64,000 nucleotides of DNA from a virus. The position numbers were made by a program, and so were the translations under genes. The notes beneath the pieces were generated by a model. The model ran no database searches. It was not told where the DNA came from and saw only the letters and a program-made list of their open reading frames with translations. The stretch covers positions 1 to 64,000 of IMG/VR virus record IMGVR_UViG_3300046777_001606; one strand, 5' to 3'. This document shows positions 1 through 9,269 of the stretch, piece by piece; positions within the stretch are counted from its first letter, which is position 1; each line of letters starts with the position of its first letter.

Positions 1-207
1 GTTCAATTTCTATTTACAGACTGTTGGGCACTCTTTCAAGGATCTGTAAGTTGGAATGAGTATCCTTCTTGGCCCTATATTCAAATTCAATCTGGTGGTA
101 ATGGTCTGCTGAGCATTCTCTTCTGGGCATATAAGTTTGGGTTTGATATTGATTTGCTTTCCCGTACTTGGAGATGGAATCATCTGGAGAACACGGATGA
201 AAACTAA
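1..207 (+). CDS. hypothetical protein, 5'-truncated by window
   Basis: Frame 1 open to TAA at 205-207 (VQFLFTDCWALFQG...NTDEN*), overlaps next ATG at 197. Confidence 0.7.
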   Translation, partial: VQFLFTDCWALFQGSVSWNEYPSWPYIQIQSGGNGLLSILFWAYKFGFDIDLLSRTWRWNHLENTDEN

Positions 208-544
208 ATTAAACTGGTGGGAATACTGGATCGGTCATTGCTTGATGACAGGATGGCAGAGTATGCGAATGACATTTCGCATCTGGGCTGACCTGATGAC
301 TTCCAACTATGATCACTATGCTCTCCCCAGAACAGTAGAAGATCCCGAAGAAGAATGTAGAGATTGGTTCTGGGCATCACTGAATGAAGATGATGTTTAT
401 GATAAAGAGTTCTTGGAATATCTGCTACAAATGGTGGAGGATATTGAACTCGGTAAAGTAGAAACATATTCTATGGATGAAGTGATGGAAAGAGTGAAAG
501 ACACTTTAGAAACTGGTACACCAGAAGACACCGAAGAGTCTTGA
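197..544 (+). CDS. hypothetical cyanophage protein
   Basis: ORF track 137..544; ATG at 197 overlapping upstream gene end is the more likely start. Confidence 0.75.
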   Translation: MKTKLNWWEYWIGHCLMTGWQSMRMTFRIWADLMTSNYDHYALPRTVEDPEEECRDWFWASLNEDDVYDKEFLEYLLQMVEDIELGKVETYSMDEVMERVKDTLETGTPEDTEES

Positions 545-555
545 TGCTCTATAAT
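497..555 (+). promoter_or_regulatory. early promoter cassette (palindrome + -10 box), copy 1
   Basis: AAAGACACTT-TAGA-AACTGGTACA, TATAAT at 550-555 (39 bp after start of right arm). Confidence 0.7.
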
Positions 556-576
556 ATCTTTATCTGAAACACCCCG

Positions 577-834
577 ATGACTCTCAAAGAGAAGAAGGCA
601 CTCCTCAAACGACTTGAGCAGGCAGGCACTACCTGTATGGATTGTGGGCAAAAGTATGGTGTCTATTCAGTCGGTTGTTCATCTGTCTGGAATGGTAAGT
701 GTGGTGTATGTGGTGAGGAAAAACGGGTGACTGAATCCCGTGACTTTGCTTACTTTATTACTGGTATTCGCAAACTGAAACTGGAGATTCAAAATGAGAA
801 GAGTAACAGTCAGACCCAAAAGCAAGAAGGCTAA
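577..834 (+). CDS. small Zn-finger-like hypothetical protein
   Basis: CMDC...CGVC pairs; directly downstream of promoter. Confidence 0.7.
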   Translation: MTLKEKKALLKRLEQAGTTCMDCGQKYGVYSVGCSSVWNGKCGVCGEEKRVTESRDFAYFITGIRKLKLEIQNEKSNSQTQKQEG

Positions 835-994
835 GAACCGCCTTGCAAATATGATGGACAACAACCCTATCTGTATTGTAGAGCAGGACAAAGGTGATGG
901 TATGCTGTTTCTCGCATCAGAGAACCAGAAATACTTTTTCTGGGTGAATGTAAGCAACGATTGTCATTGGGAATGTGATTGGGAGGTGCTCTAA
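794..994 (+). CDS. hypothetical protein
   Basis: ORF track, operon packing. Confidence 0.7.
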   Translation: MRRVTVRPKSKKAKNRLANMMDNNPICIVEQDKGDGMLFLASENQKYFFWVNVSNDCHWECDWEVL

Positions 995-1167
995 TGAACT
1001 ACTTATGCCTTGTTGATGGTGTCGTAGAATACGGCAGCACATCTGAAAGTGATTTCTTTCTCTATCAACTGATGTATGCCGAAGAGCACCAAGATGCTGA
1101 TGTAGAGTATCTGACTCTGACTGACGAAGAGTATGCTACAATGTTCTCTGTGGAGGAAGAAGAATGA
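994..1167 (+). CDS. small acidic hypothetical protein
   Basis: TAATG stop/start overlap at 992-996 within ORF 979..1167. Confidence 0.65.
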   Translation: MNYLCLVDGVVEYGSTSESDFFLYQLMYAEEHQDADVEYLTLTDEEYATMFSVEEEE

Positions 1168-1424
1168 GGTTTCGTAACATAGAGTTTCGTTGGTGCGAAC
1201 TCAACAACAAGTATGAACTCGTTAGGTGGCATCGTGATAATGGTTCTCAAAAAGAATATTGTTATGTAATTGCCTTCTTCAATAAAGGTAAAGAGTATTA
1301 TGATATGTGGACTATTGGTGATCGGTTCTTTGAGGATAAAGATGCTTGGGTCGTGGGTAAGTATGCTCTGGAATTTCTAAATGCTATCTTTCAGATTGAA
1401 CAACAAGAAGAGGAACTGAAATGA
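1164..1424 (+). CDS. hypothetical protein
   Basis: ATGA overlap with upstream gene. Confidence 0.7.
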   Translation: MRFRNIEFRWCELNNKYELVRWHRDNGSQKEYCYVIAFFNKGKEYYDMWTIGDRFFEDKDAWVVGKYALEFLNAIFQIEQQEEELK

Positions 1425-1615
1425 CTGAATTCTATGTGATTATGTTGAAGAGGCAGGATGGTAAGGTCTATGCTGATTTACACAAGACCAATCAAGTCAT
1501 TTACCTTACAATAGAAGATGCCTATGAGGAATTCAATAACACAGAGCATTTCAAAGAAAACTATCACATCGTAAAACTTATTGCTTGTTTGGATGGGGAG
1601 ATTGAAAAACTATGA
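1421..1615 (+). CDS. hypothetical protein
   Basis: ATGA overlap. Confidence 0.65.
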   Translation: MTEFYVIMLKRQDGKVYADLHKTNQVIYLTIEDAYEEFNNTEHFKENYHIVKLIACLDGEIEKL

Positions 1616-1887
1616 CTGACTATCAACCAACTCCACAAACACCAGAGCAAGTAGATGAAGGTCTGCGTGAGGCTATGAAACAATCAAAGAAAGATGGTGT
1701 ATTTGATTGGGATCGTTTAAATGAAATGAACATTCAACCAATAGTAAAATACATTTGTACCTGTGATTTCTTTGGTGGAGGACAATTTTGTATTCACTTT
1801 ACCGAGAAAAATATAATTCCCAATCGTTGGATTAGATTTTGGACACGAGTATTCTTCAATAGTAAATGGGAGTTTCTAAATGAATGA
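1612..1887 (+). CDS. hypothetical protein
   Basis: ATGA overlap. Confidence 0.65.
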   Translation: MTDYQPTPQTPEQVDEGLREAMKQSKKDGVFDWDRLNEMNIQPIVKYICTCDFFGGGQFCIHFTEKNIIPNRWIRFWTRVFFNSKWEFLNE

Positions 1888-2368
1888 AGATATGCCGTGG
1901 GTCAATCTCACCCAAGAAGAAGTAGAAGAACTCCGCAATAAAAAACACGAACTGACTGAATACGGCAAACAGAAGTTGAGAGAACTTATGAATAAGGATA
2001 AGGACTTAATCTTCTATACAAACGGTAAGGAAACATCCCGTATGCCTTCTCCAACTCTTGGAAATCTTACTCTTGGAACCAAAACACCCAAAACCAAACT
2101 TGAAATAAAAAAAACAATGGATTGTGAACCATACCCCGATGAGATGTTTGAGGAAGCTGAGCGTCGTGAGAAACTGAATGCAGGTTTCAAACAAGATGAG
2201 AATGGAAACTGGTATCGTCCTACACTACAAGAACTCACCAGAAATGAGAGAATTGAACTTGCCGAAAAAGAGATTGCTTATATTGTAATGGGTGGGCAAG
2301 ATGGACGAGAGTATGCTAACTCCATTGCTTTTATTCTTCAAGTGTTGGATAGTTTGAGAGATGACTAA
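1880..2368 (+). CDS. hypothetical protein
   Basis: ORF track, operon packing. Confidence 0.7.
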   Translation: MNEDMPWVNLTQEEVEELRNKKHELTEYGKQKLRELMNKDKDLIFYTNGKETSRMPSPTLGNLTLGTKTPKTKLEIKKTMDCEPYPDEMFEEAERREKLNAGFKQDENGNWYRPTLQELTRNERIELAEKEIAYIVMGGQDGREYANSIAFILQVLDSLRDD

Positions 2369-2573
2369 ACTAGTAAGGTGGGAAGAAAATCCTGACGAAA
2401 TTGTGCTGGAAGAGGTGGAAATGTTTCACCTGGAAAGTATGAACGAAAGAACCCTGTGGATTGGGTGTTATACTCAAGATGGTAAAATCTACCACTTGAA
2501 TATTTCTGCTAATGGTGATAAACTGAGATACTACTGGAGCGATGAAACCTGTGAACCTCCTACAACGGTATAA
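2361..2573 (+). CDS. hypothetical protein
   Basis: ORF track, operon packing. Confidence 0.65.
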   Translation: MTKLVRWEENPDEIVLEEVEMFHLESMNERTLWIGCYTQDGKIYHLNISANGDKLRYYWSDETCEPPTTV

Positions 2574-2877
2574 AAACTGGACTCGTAAGCAGTATAACAA
2601 ACACTACTTTGAGTATGACTTCAAACCTCATTTCAAATGGAACCCATTTGATACTAATAATGACTGGGTATATGACCTTGAGAAGTGGAGAAACTTTATC
2701 TGGGGATGGCAGAGTGTAGGATATGCTTGGGAAGCTTGGTCTTATTGGATGAGAGATAAGAAGTATTCTTATAAACTTCCTTATGCGATGTGGAGTGAGT
2801 TGAATGATGGTTGGATGCATATGTATTCTTATTCTTGGGTGAAGAACAGAACACAAGAAAATTGTGATAGAGTATGA
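2542..2877 (+). CDS. Trp-rich hypothetical protein
   Basis: ORF track. Confidence 0.65.
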   Translation: MKPVNLLQRYKNWTRKQYNKHYFEYDFKPHFKWNPFDTNNDWVYDLEKWRNFIWGWQSVGYAWEAWSYWMRDKKYSYKLPYAMWSELNDGWMHMYSYSWVKNRTQENCDRV

Positions 2878-3059
2878 CTTTAACAGAAAAAGATAAAATC
2901 TATCATAATGTTTGGTGTTGTGCTTATCAACGCAGACACAACGCAAAAATTAAACAAGACTGGGAACTGTATAACCGTGAACACCAAACTTTGCTAATGT
3001 GCCTTAAAATAGCAAAGTGGACAACGTTTGATACTGAAAAAACCAATTATCTAAAATGA
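2874..3059 (+). CDS. hypothetical protein
   Basis: ATGA overlap. Confidence 0.65.
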   Translation: MTLTEKDKIYHNVWCCAYQRRHNAKIKQDWELYNREHQTLLMCLKIAKWTTFDTEKTNYLK

Positions 3060-3229
3060 AAGTCACCGAGCACAACCTTACCAATTGGAATCTAAACGAA
3101 GAAGAACTTAATGCACTTATTTCTCTCTCAAAAGAGAAAATGAAGTCTTGTGAAGACAAAATGTGTGAGATGTTTTATGGAATTCTTGCAGGCAAACTCA
3201 TCATTATGAAAAATGACTCCAACGTTTAA
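3056..3229 (+). CDS. hypothetical protein (57 aa, not in ORF track)
   Basis: Hand translation MKVTEHNLTNWNLNEEELNAL...KNDSNV*; ATGA overlap. Confidence 0.65.
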   Translation: MKVTEHNLTNWNLNEEELNALISLSKEKMKSCEDKMCEMFYGILAGKLIIMKNDSNV

Positions 3230-3404
3230 ACAAACTTGTGATAAACCTTATGATCGCCACGATTATAAGGTTATCTTTGAAGATGGTAAAGAGGTCATCT
3301 TTGATAATTATGAAGATGTCCAACTCACTTGGTTTCAACATGATGGAAACTTTTTGAGTCATATTGAAGTATTGGACAAAAAGAAAAGCAAGGGGTTCAA
3401 ATGA
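3213..3404 (+). CDS. hypothetical cyanophage protein
   Basis: ORF track; ends KSKGFK. Confidence 0.7.
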   Translation: MTPTFKQTCDKPYDRHDYKVIFEDGKEVIFDNYEDVQLTWFQHDGNFLSHIEVLDKKKSKGFK

Positions 3405-3595
3405 TCTCAATTTTCGATTTGATGCACGATGAGCGTCGTTATGGTTGGGTAGTGGATAGTCGCTATCAATGGATTAACCTGTTAACTAAAATGGAACAAA
3501 ACAATCCACAACGATTTGAAGAGTTTAAGTATTCTAAAGCAACAATTTATCATCATATAGATAGATTGAATCAGGAGCAAAACACCTACGACTAA
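3401..3595 (+). CDS. hypothetical protein
   Basis: ATGA overlap. Confidence 0.65.
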   Translation: MISIFDLMHDERRYGWVVDSRYQWINLLTKMEQNNPQRFEEFKYSKATIYHHIDRLNQEQNTYD

Positions 3596-4068
3596 TGAGC
3601 GAAGTAACTTTTAAGAAACACAGAGTATTCCGTGAGACTGAAGCAGTTGTCTTCTACGATATCTCTGTAGATGGTTCTAACGCACAAGATCTTGTGTGTC
3701 ACACTGGTGCTGCTATCAGCCCTCCCGATGATATTGTAGGAGCAAAGCAGTTCTATATTCACTACCACCAGATTGACCACAACCGTGTTCTGTCTGGTCT
3801 CCGAACCTTTGAATTGGTGAATCCTGAATGGAGATACCCATATCACATCGTTCACCTGAATCGTTCTTCTGGTGCTCTAGTGATTCCTAAGATGACCTTC
3901 CATCGTTCATATTCTGGTGCCGATGGGTCTATCGTTATCAACCAGGCAATCCGTGATGAAGAGTTTGACCCTGAGACAGAGTTTATTCCTGTATCAGCAG
4001 CAAAGAACCCAGATCTTTATCACATTCTTGCCCACGAAAAACCTGTTATTCATACTCTTGGAGAATAA
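3595..4068 (+). CDS. cupin (RmlC-like) domain protein
   Basis: FYIHYHQIDHNRVLSG and LVIPKMTFHRS His motifs typical of cupin barrels. Confidence 0.6.
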   Translation: MSEVTFKKHRVFRETEAVVFYDISVDGSNAQDLVCHTGAAISPPDDIVGAKQFYIHYHQIDHNRVLSGLRTFELVNPEWRYPYHIVHLNRSSGALVIPKMTFHRSYSGADGSIVINQAIRDEEFDPETEFIPVSAAKNPDLYHILAHEKPVIHTLGE

Positions 4069-4070
4069 TT

Positions 4071-4469
4071 ATGGGCATGTTTGATTACATTAGATCTTCA
4101 TATGATCTAGGACCACAATTTACAAAAGTAGAATGTCAAACTAAGGATATTGAAGAATATGGTATTGGCGGCACGATGTCAAACTATTGGATAGATCCAC
4201 AAGGATATTTGTATTATGTTGATTACTCACACACCGCAGACTTTGTAGAAATCAAAGAAGGTGATGAGGGCTATAATGATACACATAAGTGGTGCAATTT
4301 TCAATGGGTTCCGAATGGTAACAATGGTAAAGTCTCTCCTTGGTATTTGACGAAATACATTGAGGTTTATCCATCAACTTGGGAAGGATCGTGGGAAACT
4401 TGGCCACGTTGTAGATTGCACTTTAAATGTGGTAAACTCATGGACTATGAAACCATCACAGGAAAATGA
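4071..4469 (+). CDS. conserved phage hypothetical protein (MGMFDY...QTKD type)
   Basis: ORF track; recognisable N-terminal motif. Confidence 0.75.
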   Translation: MGMFDYIRSSYDLGPQFTKVECQTKDIEEYGIGGTMSNYWIDPQGYLYYVDYSHTADFVEIKEGDEGYNDTHKWCNFQWVPNGNNGKVSPWYLTKYIEVYPSTWEGSWETWPRCRLHFKCGKLMDYETITGK

Positions 4470-4594
4470 GTGATAAAACAAAAATAACCATTATGTTGTG
4501 TGTTTTTTTCGCACTTGACTTATTAATCATAGGTGGTATACTATGGAAGGGACACGCAAACTTTGCCGAACTTTATAAACATTTAAGAACATGA
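4466..4594 (+). CDS. small membrane protein (42 aa)
   Basis: Hand translation MSDKTKITIMLCVFFALDLLIIGGILWKG...; ATGA overlaps at both ends. Confidence 0.5.
   Translation: MSDKTKITIMLCVFFALDLLIIGGILWKGHANFAELYKHLRT
4515..4542 (+). promoter_or_regulatory. sigma70-type promoter
   Basis: TTGACT-16 bp-TATACT with extended TGn. Confidence 0.55.
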
Positions 4595-4767
4595 CGACAC
4601 GTAACTTTGTTGATAAAAATGGAAATTCTTGGGAGTGGGAAGAAACTCCTGAGACTGTTGAGGCACTTAAACAACTTCATCAAACAGAAGTTAAGTTTGC
4701 TGGTAATTATGAAGGTCCACTCTATGCTCCCCATCCCGATTTGAAGAATGGAAAAGAAACTAATTGA
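4591..4767 (+). CDS. hypothetical protein (58 aa)
   Basis: Hand translation MTTRNFVDKNGNSWEWEETPETVEALKQLH... Confidence 0.6.
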   Translation: MTTRNFVDKNGNSWEWEETPETVEALKQLHQTEVKFAGNYEGPLYAPHPDLKNGKETN

Positions 4768-4954
4768 CGACGCATTTTACGTTGATGAAAGAAAATATGG
4801 ACTCTGGTATTCCACTGATAAGGATGGAAAAGGATTGGTCACATCTCTCACTGAAGAGTCATGTATATCAGCAACCCGTTTTATACTTAAAGGACGGCAG
4901 GAAGGTTTCTCTACGTCCAGAACTTATGAAGGCGAAGTAGGTGGAAAACTCTGA
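4748..4954 (+). CDS. hypothetical cyanophage protein
   Basis: ORF track; ends YEGEVGGKL. Confidence 0.7.
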   Translation: MEKKLIDDAFYVDERKYGLWYSTDKDGKGLVTSLTEESCISATRFILKGRQEGFSTSRTYEGEVGGKL

Positions 4955-5105
4955 TTATCCCTATCACGTATTAGATCCTACAACTCCTTGGTATGAGTGG
5001 TTGTGCTACTGTGAAATCTGTTATCAATTAGATATTCAAGGACAGCCAAATTGGAATCGTTTTATGCGATATAGAAATTATTTGAAAGAGGTTGGGGTTC
5101 TATGA
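4941..5105 (+). CDS. hypothetical protein (54 aa, GTG start)
   Basis: Hand translation ...DPTTPWYEWLCYCEICYQL...YLKEVGVL*; fills gap, ATGA overlap downstream. Confidence 0.55.
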   Translation: MENSDYPYHVLDPTTPWYEWLCYCEICYQLDIQGQPNWNRFMRYRNYLKEVGVL

Positions 5106-5326
5106 TTAAATTGATTAAATGGTTTTTTAAACCATCCAAAAAACCAATTGTAGAAGATATTGATCTATATGCAAAGATTGTTGAGTTAGAAAATCGTATC
5201 ATAAAACTAGAAGAAGAAAACATAGAAACTACAAACGTTCTTTATGAATTGAGTAATTCTTTAGATGCTGTAGATGCTCGCATAGATATATTGACTTTAG
5301 AAAAATGGTCTAACAAAAATGTATGA
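5102..5326 (+). CDS. coiled-coil hypothetical protein
   Basis: Heptad pattern IVELENRIIKLEEEN. Confidence 0.7.
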   Translation: MIKLIKWFFKPSKKPIVEDIDLYAKIVELENRIIKLEEENIETTNVLYELSNSLDAVDARIDILTLEKWSNKNV

Positions 5327-5492
5327 ACTTGATGATTTTGAAAAGGCACTTGCACATTTCGGAACGAGGGTTGATATTATCATTGCGCTGGAAATGGGTG
5401 GAAAAATTGATGGACCTGCTGCCTATAAAGAAATTAAAGCAGAACTCAAAGAACTCAAAAGAGCAAAGAAACAATACGGTAAGGACATGTAG
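5319..5492 (+). CDS. cyanobacterial-like small helical protein (57 aa, not in ORF track)
   Basis: MYELDDFEKALAHFGTRVDIIIALEMGGKIDGPAAYKEIKAELKELKRAKK resembles the cyanobacterial F.QRV..I.ALE.GGK...AY..IK..K.LK family. Confidence 0.65.
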   Translation: MYELDDFEKALAHFGTRVDIIIALEMGGKIDGPAAYKEIKAELKELKRAKKQYGKDM

Positions 5493-5607
5493 TAAGTGTG
5501 GTGAGACTAAACCACTTGATGAACAGCACTACCAACGTGTAAAATACTTTCGTAGCGGATTATCTTACTACTGTAATGAGTGCAACAAACCGAAACCAAA
5601 AGACTAA
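5410..5607 (+). CDS. small Zn-ribbon protein (start uncertain)
   Basis: CSKC...CNEC in 3' part of ORF 5323..5607. Confidence 0.5.
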   Translation: MDLLPIKKLKQNSKNSKEQRNNTVRTCSKCGETKPLDEQHYQRVKYFRSGLSYYCNECNKPKPKD

Positions 5608-6155
5608 TGGAATTATATAATCTATTCTCTACTCCAATAGCAGGATCTTCATTAACTGATATAGATAATCAAACGTTAGAAAATTTTTGCAAAAAGAAAT
5701 CAAATGAATTGAACGGGCAAAGTTTTTTATTAGATTTAGATAAGACACCAGAATTGCATGATTTATCAAAAAAAGTATTAAATCAGGTTAATTGGCTGCA
5801 CAAAGAATGTGGATTAAAATATAAGCAAAAAATATCAGACGTTTGGTGTAATGTTGGTAATCCATCTTTTATTATTAAACCTCATACTCATCCTTCTTTT
5901 TTTACAAGTGTATACTATGTTACTAATGGAAAAGATAAATTAAATATCTTAAATCCAATTAGTTCTATAGAAAATCTAATACCAGAAGATGTTATAGAAA
6001 ATTATAATTCTTTTAATCAATTGGTTTATTTTGTAACTCCCGTTATGGGGCTTTTAATCACTCATCCATCTTGGTTATTACATTATGTGGATAATCAGAC
6101 AGACAAAAACAGAGTATCTATTGTTTTTGACACCATTATCGACTATAATCACTAA
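5607..6155 (+). CDS. 2OG-Fe(II) oxygenase-like protein
   Basis: HTHP...SVYY...PSWLLHYV...RVSIVF; TAATG overlap. Confidence 0.8.
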   Translation: MELYNLFSTPIAGSSLTDIDNQTLENFCKKKSNELNGQSFLLDLDKTPELHDLSKKVLNQVNWLHKECGLKYKQKISDVWCNVGNPSFIIKPHTHPSFFTSVYYVTNGKDKLNILNPISSIENLIPEDVIENYNSFNQLVYFVTPVMGLLITHPSWLLHYVDNQTDKNRVSIVFDTIIDYNH

Positions 6156-6172
6156 CATCCGACAGTACTAAA

Positions 6173-6835
6173 ATGACCTCTGACCCTTATAATGCTAATT
6201 TTGATTACAAAGATTATTCTCTTGAAAAACTCCAAGAGTGGGTTCACGATGCGATGAATAGTGATGCTTCACCACACGAAATCTACTCTGCGATTCGTGA
6301 AGCAGTTCGTGAAGACTATTATTACCATAAAGATTGTATTAGTCGTGCTTCTGGACTTCTGGAACTGTTGAGTGGTCATCGTCCTGCAAAAGATAAAGAA
6401 CTTTTTGAAGCAGCACTTGCAGAGAGGGAATATTATGAGGGAGTAAAGGATGATGGTATGCGTCCTTGGGGACATAGCGATTTAGAATATCAAATTGCGA
6501 ATCAAAAAGATGAGAAATTTGATTACACCGCAACTGGTGAAAAGTTTCCTATTGTTTGCGATAAAGATGATTCTTCACCAGAATGTAAAGAGGCTTGGAA
6601 CGATTTTTGGGAAGAAAACTATTATCCTGAAGAGTATAAAAAAAATAAAGTAAAAAGATGGGTTCTTCCTGTTAATGTTGATGGTTTGACTGGAGATTGT
6701 TTTGTTAATTTCCCCGATGATCTTCTGGAAGCAGCAAATCTGAAAGAAGGTGATGAAGTTGAGTGGGTGGATCAATGTGATGGTTCTTGTTTAATCAAGA
6801 AAGTAACACAACCTCTTGGAATGGATGAGTGCTGA
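6173..6835 (+). CDS. hypothetical protein with C-terminal AbrB/MazE/SpoVT-like domain
   Basis: C-terminal FVNFPDDLLEAANLKEGDEVEW...CLIKKV swapped-hairpin motif. Confidence 0.6.
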   Translation: MTSDPYNANFDYKDYSLEKLQEWVHDAMNSDASPHEIYSAIREAVREDYYYHKDCISRASGLLELLSGHRPAKDKELFEAALAEREYYEGVKDDGMRPWGHSDLEYQIANQKDEKFDYTATGEKFPIVCDKDDSSPECKEAWNDFWEENYYPEEYKKNKVKRWVLPVNVDGLTGDCFVNFPDDLLEAANLKEGDEVEWVDQCDGSCLIKKVTQPLGMDEC

Positions 6836-7080
6836 TGGCAGACCTTTGGTTATGGCAACTATCTTTAGTTGCTCCTTTTGTTGGTGGTCTATGTCTTGAT
6901 AATTTTTTAAAAATGCAGGGAGAACTCTGCAATATTAGACAACCACCTGATATTGTAGTAAAATACGACAAAAAAGACCCCAAAGATGCTTGTTATAAGG
7001 ATGGTATCTATTATCCCCGTTGTAAAGACCTAGAGAACCCAGAGATTCTTTATTATCACAACTTGTTATACAAACAATGA
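6835..7080 (+). CDS. hypothetical protein
   Basis: TGATG overlap within ORF 6829..7080. Confidence 0.6.
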   Translation: MADLWLWQLSLVAPFVGGLCLDNFLKMQGELCNIRQPPDIVVKYDKKDPKDACYKDGIYYPRCKDLENPEILYYHNLLYKQ

Positions 7081-7595
7081 TTCCAATTTATAATAAAAAA
7101 AATTTCTTTGTTCCAAAAGAAAAAAATAAAATTATAGATGTAGTTTTGTATAATCAAAAATATTTCCAAAAAGAACTTGGAGGATACAATTACCCGATAT
7201 TAGAGGATAACAATAATTTTTTTAATCAATTGTATTCACTTTACTATGAATTTTGCGAAAGTAAGTTCAAATTTACTGTCCATCCAAACAATAATAAAAC
7301 TTGTTGGGCTTATGTTAGTGATAAGTTAAATTTTGCTGAGGTGTGGCATAATCACATTGAAACATCGACAATTAATGGAGTGTACTATTTAAATATTCCA
7401 GATAAAACAAGTATTGATTTTGAATGTAATGAAGAATATTCAAATTATGAACCTTCAGAGTTTGAATTAATTATTTTTCCAAACTATTTGAATCATAAAC
7501 CAAATCGCTGTAGTGGTGATGGATATAGAATTGCAATTAATATGGAAATAATTTGCTATGAGTCTGCAGATGAAATTTTTTCAAAATTAATTTAA
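7077..7595 (+). CDS. 2OG-Fe(II) oxygenase-like protein
   Basis: WHNH...NGVYYL...IFPNYLNHKP...RIAINME. Confidence 0.75.
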   Translation: MIPIYNKKNFFVPKEKNKIIDVVLYNQKYFQKELGGYNYPILEDNNNFFNQLYSLYYEFCESKFKFTVHPNNNKTCWAYVSDKLNFAEVWHNHIETSTINGVYYLNIPDKTSIDFECNEEYSNYEPSEFELIIFPNYLNHKPNRCSGDGYRIAINMEIICYESADEIFSKLI

Positions 7596-7626
7596 CGTAA
7601 TTTACTCAAAAAGGAGAAAATAAGTA

Positions 7627-7857
7627 ATGGCTTTATCACAATCTGTTGAAGAATCAATGAGAGAAGCGGAGGCAGCACTTCGTAATGCACTGGCTTATGC
7701 AGCACGTCAGGAAAAACCTTTTGTAGCTAAACATATTGCAGATATGATTATGCAAATTGATAATCTTATTGCTGCAGATCAGTTAATGGATAAACTAGAA
7801 AATAGAAAAGAAGGGGATTCTGGTTTCTTTGGAACATTTTTTGGTAAGGATGATTGA
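7627..7857 (+). CDS. conserved cyanophage hypothetical protein
   Basis: AGGAG RBS; ALRNALAYAARQEKP motif. Confidence 0.75.
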   Translation: MALSQSVEESMREAEAALRNALAYAARQEKPFVAKHIADMIMQIDNLIAADQLMDKLENRKEGDSGFFGTFFGKDD

Positions 7858-8117
7858 TGGCTACCCCAAAAGATTTTAATGGAATAATTAAATTCAATAA
7901 AAATTCTTCGTTTAGGTTTCTAGAAACACTAGAAGATCAAACTGAAGAACCATTTACTATTTTCTTTTATCGTAGAGAAACGGATAAGTATTCCATAGGA
8001 GAATTCATTGATTCTATTGGTAATCAAAATATTGGTTGGGATGCTCCAACTAAACAACTTTTTTATAAAGATGCAAAGGGTGTTACATATAAACTAAATT
8101 TTCAGAGATTAAAATAG
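7854..8117 (+). CDS. hypothetical protein
   Basis: ORF track. Confidence 0.6.
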   Translation: MMATPKDFNGIIKFNKNSSFRFLETLEDQTEEPFTIFFYRRETDKYSIGEFIDSIGNQNIGWDAPTKQLFYKDAKGVTYKLNFQRLK

Positions 8118-8211
8118 TTAAGAACTGTAACGCGATCCCAAAGAAAATATTAAATTTATAGATACTAATATAATGGAATGCTAACATTGTGGGACACATC
8201 GCAAAAACACT

Positions 8212-8418
8212 ATGACTCTTGCAAAAACTGGAACCGAAGTTCTTACTCAAGAAGAATGGGATGAACTTGTAGCTTTAAAAGACGCAATTACGTATCGTCC
8301 AGCATCAGTTTCTGCAGAGAAAATGGAAAAGTTTGCTGAGTTAATGGTTCGTTCTCTTGAAGGTAAGTGTGATCCACCGCCGCCGAAAAACTGGAGGGGT
8401 GGTCCTCTAAGTGAATAG
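8212..8418 (+). CDS. hypothetical protein
   Basis: ORF track. Confidence 0.7.
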   Translation: MTLAKTGTEVLTQEEWDELVALKDAITYRPASVSAEKMEKFAELMVRSLEGKCDPPPPKNWRGGPLSE

Positions 8419-8422
8419 TCTA

Positions 8423-8481
8423 GTGGACACTAAGATAACTGTCACACTCCACCTCTAAAGAGGTGGATTTTTTTGTATAAT
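8423..8481 (+). promoter_or_regulatory. early promoter cassette copy 2 with terminator-like hairpin
   Basis: GTGGACACTA-AGAT-AACTGTCACA; hairpin TCCACCTCT-AA-AGAGGTGGA + T7; TATAAT at 8476. Confidence 0.85.
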
Positions 8482-8502
8482 ACGTTCATACGCAACAAGG
8501 CA

Positions 8503-8958
8503 ATGACCACCACCTTCGCTGACTACGCCGCTGCTGCTGAGGCACGGAAAGACATCGCTGCTGCTGTTCTGGGGCACACCTATGCTCTGTGTGAGGCACT
8601 GCGCCAGAACTACATTGATTACAGTATCAAGATGCATCAGCGTTCGCTTGAGCGTCTGGAGGGTAATACTGATACTGGTATTGCCTATCATCAGGAACAG
8701 ATTGCTAAACTGAAGCAAGGTACTTGTGATTATGACTTTTACCCTGAGACTGGTCGTAAGTATCACAAAATCATTATGAACGCTGCTGGTTCTCGCTCTG
8801 TTCATGCTTTTGTGGACAAAAAGACTGGTCAAGTGTATAAGTCTGCATCTTGGAAGTCTCCTGCTAAAGGTGTTCGTTACGATCTTCGCATTATTGAGCA
8901 GCGTGAATGGTTGCTTCAACACGCTGACTGGGCAGGTGCTTACCTGTACGCTCGCTGA
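8503..8958 (+). CDS. conserved phage early protein (GRKYHKI...VHAFVD.KTG..YK.ASWK.PAK type)
   Basis: ATG at 8503 just downstream of promoter. Confidence 0.8.
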   Translation: MTTTFADYAAAAEARKDIAAAVLGHTYALCEALRQNYIDYSIKMHQRSLERLEGNTDTGIAYHQEQIAKLKQGTCDYDFYPETGRKYHKIIMNAAGSRSVHAFVDKKTGQVYKSASWKSPAKGVRYDLRIIEQREWLLQHADWAGAYLYAR

Positions 8959-8966
8959 GATTTATT

Positions 8967-9260
8967 ATGGCTACCTGGAAAGCAACTTGTTGGCTTGGAT
9001 CTTCATCTGGTTATCAAGAACTTGAAGTTCATGCTAACACCTATCATGGTGCAAAAGAACAACTCATGAACATTTATGGGGCAGAACAAGTCATTAACTT
9101 ACGAGAAGTAAATTCGCATAGTGGATCTTCTGATTCTGGTGATAGTTTATTTTGGTTAGGTGCTATAGCAATTCTAGTTGCAATTTATTATCTTTGGCCA
9201 ATTCTTTTGGGTGGATTGATTATTTGGATTGGGTATTCTGCATGGAAAGCATTTAGGTAA
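8967..9260 (+). CDS. hypothetical membrane protein
   Basis: C-terminal hydrophobic segments. Confidence 0.7.
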   Translation: MATWKATCWLGSSSGYQELEVHANTYHGAKEQLMNIYGAEQVINLREVNSHSGSSDSGDSLFWLGAIAILVAIYYLWPILLGGLIIWIGYSAWKAFR

Positions 9261-9269
9261 TATTTCTTA

